This document shows, piece after piece, positions 57,902 to 64,000 of a stretch of 64,000 nt of DNA. Below the pieces are notes generated by a model. That model searched no databases. It was not told the DNA's origin and saw only the letters and a program-made list of their open reading frames with translations. Both the position numbers and the translations under genes were made by a program. The DNA comes from Alphaproteobacteria bacterium (GTDB taxonomy: Bacteria > Pseudomonadota > Alphaproteobacteria > SP197): NCBI GenBank assembly GCA_965228895.1, contig OZ245842.1, positions 3,840,001 through 3,904,000 of the forward strand. The letters are read 5' to 3'. Position 1 is the first letter of the stretch; each line of letters begins with the position of its first letter.

Positions 57902-59116
57902 CTACCACCATGTGATCGGCGAATGGGTGATGATCTCGTTGTGGTCGTCATGGACGATCAGGTTTTGCTCGTGGGCGGCGGTGCCAACACCGTCGACATG
58001 CAGGAAGGCCTCGATACCCAGCACCATGCCGGCATCGAAGCGGTCGTCTTCGGCCGACATCTTCAGACCGATGTAAGGGTGTTCCCAATAGAGGCCGGTG
58101 CCGTGGCCATAGAGTGGCCATTGGTCGTTCATCTGGCTGCCGCCCTCGGCAAAACGCGCGCTCATCTCATCGCCAAGACGTGCGACGTCGTGCACCAGGA
58201 CGCCCGGTCTGATCGCCTCGATCACCGCGTCGACGATGGCAATGCAGTTCTCGATCAAGGCGCGCTGATCGCTGGTCGGCTTGCCGCCGGCGACCGCCGT
58301 GCGGCCGGGATCGAGCCAGTAGCCCTGATAGATGATACTGTCGAGCCAGCCGCGAACGAGGTCACCGGACTTCGGCACGTCGGTCGAGCAGCCGGTGAAG
58401 GGGTTGGTCGCCCAGCGCGAGATCTGCTCGCCATGGGCGACCGGTATCATTTGGCAGGTCGCGCCACGGCGCAGCAGGGTCGCCACCGCATCGGCAACCG
58501 AGTCGGCCTCGCTGGCGCCGCCGACCAGGCCGGTCATCAGCGCGTTGAGCGCCTCGGTCGCGATATCACCGGCCTCGCGGCACCGTTCCTGTTCCCGGGC
58601 GCTCTTGATGCGACGGGGCCGCTGCACCAGCAGATCGTCGACCGACCACGCGACGTCGGGTGCGGCCTCCTGCAGCATCGACCAGTAGCGCATGGGCAGA
58701 AAGTCGCTGCCGGTCAGCACAACATTGCGGGCGCCGGTCTGGGTCAGGCGGCGGCCGGTGGCGGCAATCGGGTTGGTGCTGCCCTCGACCCGGTCGGTCG
58801 CGATGAGCTCGCGCCGCGGGTCCGGCTCGTCGATGATCAGTTCGGGCACCTCGCCCGGCCTCATGATGACGGCGTACAGCGAACGGGCCGTGTTGAGCGG
58901 GTTGTCGACCTCCTGGCCGGAAGCGCATGAATAGTGGTTGGTCAGATAGAGCACATCGCCGCAGCGGTCGTAGCTGCCGCCGCCCTTGCCCCAGATCACC
59001 GCGGCGTCATAGCCGCCGTCACCGATCGCCCTGTTGACTGCTGCCCACCGGCTTTCGTACTCGTCGGGCGGAAACAATCCGCTTTCCATGTACCTCTCCA
59101 TGCTGGGATCAACCAA
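57902..59116 (-). CDS. M24 family peptidase/amidohydrolase
   Basis: FPPDEYESR, RRIKS, GYWLDPGRT, GHGTG, GIEA, HEQ. Confidence 0.8.
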   Translation of the reverse strand: MVDPSMERYMESGLFPPDEYESRWAAVNRAIGDGGYDAAVIWGKGGGSYDRCGDVLYLTNHYSCASGQEVDNPLNTARSLYAVIMRPGEVPELIIDEPDPRRELIATDRVEGSTNPIAATGRRLTQTGARNVVLTGSDFLPMRYWSMLQEAAPDVAWSVDDLLVQRPRRIKSAREQERCREAGDIATEALNALMTGLVGGASEADSVADAVATLLRRGATCQMIPVAHGEQISRWATNPFTGCSTDVPKSGDLVRGWLDSIIYQGYWLDPGRTAVAGGKPTSDQRALIENCIAIVDAVIEAIRPGVLVHDVARLGDEMSARFAEGGSQMNDQWPLYGHGTGLYWEHPYIGLKMSAEDDRFDAGMVLGIEAFLHVDGVGTAAHEQNLIVHDDHNEIITHSPITWW

Positions 59117-59211
59117 CGCTAGACGTTGAATCGGCCCGCGCCAAGCCGCCGGAGGCTTGGGATAGTGTCGAAGATGGCTTATCTAACAGAACGAAGACGG
59201 ATGGAGAGACC

Positions 59212-59889
59212 ATGTCCGACAACGCCCTGAACGACGACTTTTCAGCGCTGGCCGTCATGGACACCGCTGCCATGGACTGGCAGGCGAGCCCCAGCCCGTC
59301 GGTCTGGCGTAAACGTCTCGAGCTGAGCGGCCCGGCGGAGGCCGGCCGCGTCACGTCGATCGTACGCTATGACGCCGATAGCCGGTTTCACGAACACCCT
59401 CATCCCGACGGCGAGGAGATCTTTGTGCTGGAGGGTGTTTTTTCCGACGAGCACGGCGACTATCCGCCTGGTAGTTTTCTGCTGAACCCCGAAGGCTTCA
59501 ACCATGCGCCGCGCTCAAAAGACGGCTGCGTCCTGTTCGTGAAGCTGCGCCAATATCCCGGCCTCGACCGCAATCAGATCAAGGTCGACACGGCGAGCGC
59601 GCCCTGGCGTGCCGGCTCGGTCGACGGCATCAGTGTGCAGGACCTCTATCACGAGCCCGATCATCCCGAACGGATATCCCACGTACGTATCGAGCCAGGC
59701 ACCCAAGTGCCCGAACACGGCCACCTGTCAGGTGAAGAAGTCTTCGTGCTGGAGGGTGGTTACCACGACGAGCACGGCAGCTTTGGCGCCGGCAGTTGGG
59801 TGCGTTATCCCGCCGGCAGCCGCCACACGCCGGTGACCGACGGGGGATGCCGCCTTTACGTCAAGTCGGGGCATCTGGTCGATGCCTAG
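59212..59889 (+). CDS. Tandem ChrR-like cupin protein
   Basis: SPSPSVWRKRL, HPHPDGEEIFVLEGVFSDEHGDYP, second HGHLSGEEVFVLEG repeat. Confidence 0.85.
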   Translation: MSDNALNDDFSALAVMDTAAMDWQASPSPSVWRKRLELSGPAEAGRVTSIVRYDADSRFHEHPHPDGEEIFVLEGVFSDEHGDYPPGSFLLNPEGFNHAPRSKDGCVLFVKLRQYPGLDRNQIKVDTASAPWRAGSVDGISVQDLYHEPDHPERISHVRIEPGTQVPEHGHLSGEEVFVLEGGYHDEHGSFGAGSWVRYPAGSRHTPVTDGGCRLYVKSGHLVDA

Positions 59890-60934
59890 CCCGGCACTCA
59901 GGCGCGCCGAGGGCCCGGCCGTGTGGCATGGGCCTGAGATGGCGCAGCGCTCCGAGTGGTTGGTAGCGCTGTCCGATGACCACATCGCCGAGCTGGAAAC
60001 AGCGGCCACCGGCTTGCTGACCGAAGGCCGGGCGCTTGAAACCGTCGGCATTGACGATGTTTCCCTGCCCAGAGTCGACCCACTGCTGGCCGAGGTCACA
60101 TCCGAAGTTCTCAACGGGCGCGGCTTCGTCTTGCTGCGCGGCCTGCCGGTCGAGCGCTGGGACCTCGAGACGACGGCGGCGGCCTATTGGATGATCGGCA
60201 CGCGCCTGGGTCAGGCGGTATCGCAGAATGCCCAAGGCCATCTGCTGGGCCACGTGCGCGATCTGGGCAACGACCCGGATAGCCCGAAGACGCGCATCTA
60301 TACCACCCGCGCGGCCCAGGAGTTTCATACCGACAGTTGCGATATCGTCGGCCTGTTGTGCCTGAAACCCGCCGCCAAGGGCGGCGCCAGCAGCCTGGCC
60401 AGCTCGACCGCGATCTATAACGAGATCGCCGCCACGCGCCCTGACCTCGCCCACGTTTTGATGCAGCCTTTCACGGTCGACCGTAAGGGCGAGGTGCCGG
60501 ACGGCAAGGACCCGATCTATGACCTCGCCATCTTCCACGACTTCGCCGGCCATATCACGGCGATCTATGCCAGGAGTTTCATCCGCGCCGCGCAATCCAG
60601 ACCCGAAGTCGCACGCCTGACGGCCGCCCAGAACGAGGCCATGGACATGGTCGATGCGCTGGCCGCCAGCGATGCCTTTCGGTTCGACATGGACTTTCGC
60701 CCCGGCGACATGCAGTTCCTGCACAATCACCAGATCCTTCACGCGCGCACGGCCTATGACGACCACATCGACCCCGCGCATAAGCGTCATCTTCTGCGTC
60801 TGTGGATATCCGCGCGCTCGGGGCGGCCGTTGCCACCGGGTTTCGCGGAACGCTACGGGCCGCTCGATCAGGGCGCCGTACGCGGCGGCATCCGTGTTCC
60901 CGGTGTTAGACCCGTCGTCTCTCTGACGCCTTAG
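59882..60934 (+). CDS. TauD/TfdA family dioxygenase
   Basis: GRGFVLLRGLP, SQNAQGHLLGHV, FHTDSCD, PGDMQFLHN, HART, RHLLRLW. Confidence 0.88.
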   Translation: MPSPALRRAEGPAVWHGPEMAQRSEWLVALSDDHIAELETAATGLLTEGRALETVGIDDVSLPRVDPLLAEVTSEVLNGRGFVLLRGLPVERWDLETTAAAYWMIGTRLGQAVSQNAQGHLLGHVRDLGNDPDSPKTRIYTTRAAQEFHTDSCDIVGLLCLKPAAKGGASSLASSTAIYNEIAATRPDLAHVLMQPFTVDRKGEVPDGKDPIYDLAIFHDFAGHITAIYARSFIRAAQSRPEVARLTAAQNEAMDMVDALAASDAFRFDMDFRPGDMQFLHNHQILHARTAYDDHIDPAHKRHLLRLWISARSGRPLPPGFAERYGPLDQGAVRGGIRVPGVRPVVSLTP

Positions 60935-60944
60935 ATCATATTCC

Positions 60945-61058
60945 GCTCACGCGAGAGCGGCGCCGGACCACTCCCCCGCCCGGCTACCCATGGCAGCATC
61001 CTCGGGGTGGCCGGGTGGGGCGTGGGCTGGTGATGCCACTAGACGGCGACGCCCTAAG
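60945..61058. repeat. Second REP-like family, copy B
   Basis: CCACTCCCCCGCCCGGC...CCATGGCAGCATCCTCGGGGTGGCCGGG shared with 42137-42205. Confidence 0.85.
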
Positions 61059-61149
61059 CAACAAAAGCTCAGAGTTCCCATCGAATTCAACGGCCATCCG
61101 TTCCACAATGATGCGCGCGCGGGTTGCGCGCGATCACAGGGGGAACGGC

Positions 61150-61926
61150 ATGACAGGCAGACTTGACGGCAGATGCGCGATCGTAACGGGCGCGGGACGC
61201 GGTATCGGTGAGGCGATCGCGAAGGTCTTCGCACGAGAAGGCGCTGATGTGCTGGTGACGAACCGCCATGTCGGGCGCGGCGAAAAGACGACACGCGATA
61301 TTGTCGACGCGGGCGGCTCTGCGTCGTTTCTTCAAGTCGACGTCACCGACAGCGCGGCGGTCAAGGCGATGGCAGCCGAAGCGAAGAAGCGTTACGGGCG
61401 CATCGATATCCTGGCCCATAACGCCGGTATCTTCCCGTCAACGGAACTGACCAAGATGCGCGAGGATCAGTGGGACGAGGTCCTCGACACCAACCTGACG
61501 AGCGCCTACCGCGCGGTGAAAGCGTGCCTGCCGCAGATGATCAAGCAGAAGTACGGGCGGGTCGTCATCACCTCCTCGATCACCGGACCGCGCGTCGGTT
61601 ATCCCGGCTGGACCCACTATGGCGCCTCCAAGGCCGGTCTGAACGGCTTCATGCGCTCGGCCGCCCTGGAGGTCGCCAAGAACGGCATCACCATCAACGG
61701 CGTCGAGCCCGGCAACATTCGTGTCCGCCCGGCCACCACCGCCGCCGGTCGCGAGCATGAGGAGTCCATGAGCCCCGCCATCCCCATGGGCCACCTGGGC
61801 GAGCCCGAAGACATCGCCTATGCCGCCCTCTACCTCGCCAGCGACGAAGCCAAGTTCGTCACCGGCCAGACCATCATCGTCGACGGCGGCCAGATCCTGC
61901 CCGAAGCGCAGTCGGGGATTGCCTGA
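61150..61926 (+). CDS. SDR family oxidoreductase (FabG-like)
   Basis: VTGAGRGIG, NAGI, SSITGP, HYGASK, VEPGNI, TGQTIIVDGG. Confidence 0.9.
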   Translation: MTGRLDGRCAIVTGAGRGIGEAIAKVFAREGADVLVTNRHVGRGEKTTRDIVDAGGSASFLQVDVTDSAAVKAMAAEAKKRYGRIDILAHNAGIFPSTELTKMREDQWDEVLDTNLTSAYRAVKACLPQMIKQKYGRVVITSSITGPRVGYPGWTHYGASKAGLNGFMRSAALEVAKNGITINGVEPGNIRVRPATTAAGREHEESMSPAIPMGHLGEPEDIAYAALYLASDEAKFVTGQTIIVDGGQILPEAQSGIA

Positions 61927-61935
61927 GCGCAAACA

Positions 61936-62841
61936 TCAGAGGCCCGAGAAATAGGCGCGCGCTGTCGCGGTGAAGGCGGCCATCACATCGGCGGACCGGC
62001 CGCGGCTGGGGCGTGCCAGGACGATATCCAACGGCGGCATCGGCTCCTTGATCGGCAGGCACGCGATCGCTTTACCGTCATAGGCGATGTCGCTTGCCGG
62101 GCGGGCGTAGAGCAACGAGAATCCGAGACCGTTGGCAACCGCACTCCTGACCAGTTCAAAGGACTGCGAGCGCAACGAGATCGCCGGCGCCAGGCCGCCG
62201 CGTTCCAGGATCGCCGCGAACAGCTCGCGCGTCGCCGGCCAATCGAGCTGGACGTAGCTGTCATCGGCGAGCGCCCGCAGACTGATACCTTCTTCGTTGG
62301 CGAGCGTATGGTCGCCGGATAACAGCACATAGGGCTCCAGGCTCGCCACGCGCTCCAGAACCAGACCGCGCTGGGCGAGGTTCATGTCGTAACAAAGCGC
62401 CAGATCGATCTCGGCATTCGCCAGGGCCGTGATGAGTTCATCGCCGCGCCCCTCCGATACCACGCACTCGATGTTCGGATGCTGGCGGCGCATCAGGCGC
62501 AGAAGCCCGGGCAGATAAAACGGCGCCAGGGTCTCGTAGCAGCCGAGCCGCAGCTCGCCCTCCAAGTCAGCGCCCAGTTCGCGCATGCGCCGGTCGGCCT
62601 CGTCGGCGCGGGCCAGAAGCTGGCGCACGATCAAGACGGCCTCGCGCCCGACCGAGGTGAGTTCGGTGCCGCGCGCGTGGCGGCGCACCAGAAGGGTAAA
62701 GCCCAGCATCTGCTCCAGCTTGTCGACGGCGCTCGCAATCGCCGGCTCCGAGATGTTGAGCGCCCGCGCGGCCTGGGCAATGCCGCCATGCTCGGCGACG
62801 GCGGAGAAGTAGGTCAGCTGTTTGAGCGTGAAATTGACCAT
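61936..62841 (-). CDS. LysR family regulator
   Basis: FTLKQLTYF...IAQAARALNISEPAIASAV; VRSAVANGLG. Confidence 0.9.
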   Translation of the reverse strand: MVNFTLKQLTYFSAVAEHGGIAQAARALNISEPAIASAVDKLEQMLGFTLLVRRHARGTELTSVGREAVLIVRQLLARADEADRRMRELGADLEGELRLGCYETLAPFYLPGLLRLMRRQHPNIECVVSEGRGDELITALANAEIDLALCYDMNLAQRGLVLERVASLEPYVLLSGDHTLANEEGISLRALADDSYVQLDWPATRELFAAILERGGLAPAISLRSQSFELVRSAVANGLGFSLLYARPASDIAYDGKAIACLPIKEPMPPLDIVLARPSRGRSADVMAAFTATARAYFSGL

Positions 62842-62933
62842 ATCTAGTATAGTTTGTGAGACGACTAAATGTATTTTATATGACCTTGCGCGGCCCGTAC
62901 AATGGCGCCCAAGCCAAATGACGGGAAACGACC

Positions 62934-64000
62934 ATGGATAAGGCTGTCGATATGACCGGCGATGCCTACGCTGCGTTGAGCGCCATCGACGGACAACCGT
63001 TCGACGAGGCGCGCGCCCTGCCCCCGGCGATCTACACCTCGCCCGACTTCGTGAAGCTGGAGGAAGCCCATATCTTCGGGCGCGAATGGGTGTGTGTCGG
63101 TCGCGCGGAGTCGCTGGCCAAGGCGGGCGACTATCTGACCTTCGAACTGGCCGGCCAGCCGATCGTCGTTCTACGCGACGGCAAGAAGAACATCCGCGCC
63201 TATTCGAACGTCTGCCTGCACCGCATGAGCACCCTGCTCCACGGCAGCGGCAACACCCGCATGATCGTCTGCCCTTATCACGCCTGGAGCTATGGGCTGG
63301 ACGGCTCGCTGAAGAACGCGCCCTACATGGATCAAAGTCCCGGCTTCAGCAAAAAGAGCTGCAAGCTGCCGGATGTCCGCTCGGAAGTCTGGGAAGGCTG
63401 GATCTACGTCACCTTGAACCCGGACATCGAACCAGTGAGCAAGCGCCTGGCGAGCCTGAGCGAGAAGGTCACCGGACGCTACCGCATGGGCGACTATGTC
63501 GAGACATTTCGCGAGGAGCATGTCTGGAACACCAACTGGAAGGTCTTGGCCGAAAACTTCATGGAGAGCTATCACCTGTTCGCCCTGCACAAGGCGACGG
63601 TCGGGCCGTTCTCTAAGGTCGAGGAAATGGATTGTCCTGAGGGCGAACCGACCTTCAACTACCATTGGATTACCAAGGAGTCGGCGCTTGCCATCGGCAA
63701 CGCCCATCCCGACAACGATTATCTGGACGGCGAATGGCGGCGCACGACGGCGCTGATCACGATCTATCCCAGTCACATGATCACGCTAACGCCCGGTTAC
63801 TTCTGGTATCTGGTTCTGCGGCCACGCGGCGTCGATAAGGTCGACATCCTTTACGGCGGCGGCCTCGCCCGTCACTTCGTCGACGACGAAAAAGGCCAGA
63901 CCTACATGGCGGAGATGAAGACGCTGCTGGACGAGGTCAACGAGGAAGACCGCACCGGCGTCGAGCGCGTCTTCCGCGGCCTTAACGCGCCGCTCGCCCA
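62934..64000 (+). CDS. Rieske oxygenase alpha subunit, choline monooxygenase/GbcA-like (runs off the window)
   Basis: Manual translation: LPPAIYTSP, NVCLHR...CPYHAW Rieske motif, NWKVLAENFMESYHLFALH, EVNEED. Confidence 0.88.
   Translation, partial: MDKAVDMTGDAYAALSAIDGQPFDEARALPPAIYTSPDFVKLEEAHIFGREWVCVGRAESLAKAGDYLTFELAGQPIVVLRDGKKNIRAYSNVCLHRMSTLLHGSGNTRMIVCPYHAWSYGLDGSLKNAPYMDQSPGFSKKSCKLPDVRSEVWEGWIYVTLNPDIEPVSKRLASLSEKVTGRYRMGDYVETFREEHVWNTNWKVLAENFMESYHLFALHKATVGPFSKVEEMDCPEGEPTFNYHWITKESALAIGNAHPDNDYLDGEWRRTTALITIYPSHMITLTPGYFWYLVLRPRGVDKVDILYGGGLARHFVDDEKGQTYMAEMKTLLDEVNEEDRTGVERVFRGLNAPLA

Noticed and set aside
61150-61926. Apparent rise in third-position GC after roughly codon 100 of the SDR, suggesting a mosaic gene
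   Set aside because: Judged by eye only; could be an ordinary 5' codon ramp; needs computation

Overview
A gene-dense, high-GC chromosomal window, most likely from an Alphaproteobacterium (Rhodospirillales/Kiloniellales-like gene content; taxonomy is inferred). It is mostly catabolic metabolism: glycerate kinase and pyk, glcDEF, soeABC, betC with a betA-like GMC oxidoreductase, an MttB-family methyltransferase, a divergent urease, hppD, pip, an aromatic amino acid decarboxylase, a DddP-like M24 enzyme, many Fe(II)/2OG oxygenases and a partial Rieske oxygenase. Four LysR regulators and one Lrp regulator are present. I found no rRNA, tRNA, CRISPR array, phage or transposase. The most interesting signals are: (1) a 61-aa ArfA-like ORF with a perfect Shine-Dalgarno and a terminator-like hairpin inside its coding sequence; (2) a heme-oxygenase-like di-iron enzyme translationally coupled to hppD opposite an Lrp regulator; (3) a urease paralog with fused gamma-beta, no neighbouring accessory genes and a remodelled substrate pocket; (4) a five-copy CTAG-bounded double-hairpin repeat whose ends coincide with stop codons, plus a second repeat family whose loop is inverted between copies; (5) two small ORFs divergent from LysR genes. 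All protein assignments come from motif recognition by eye and from remembered reference sequences, not database searches.
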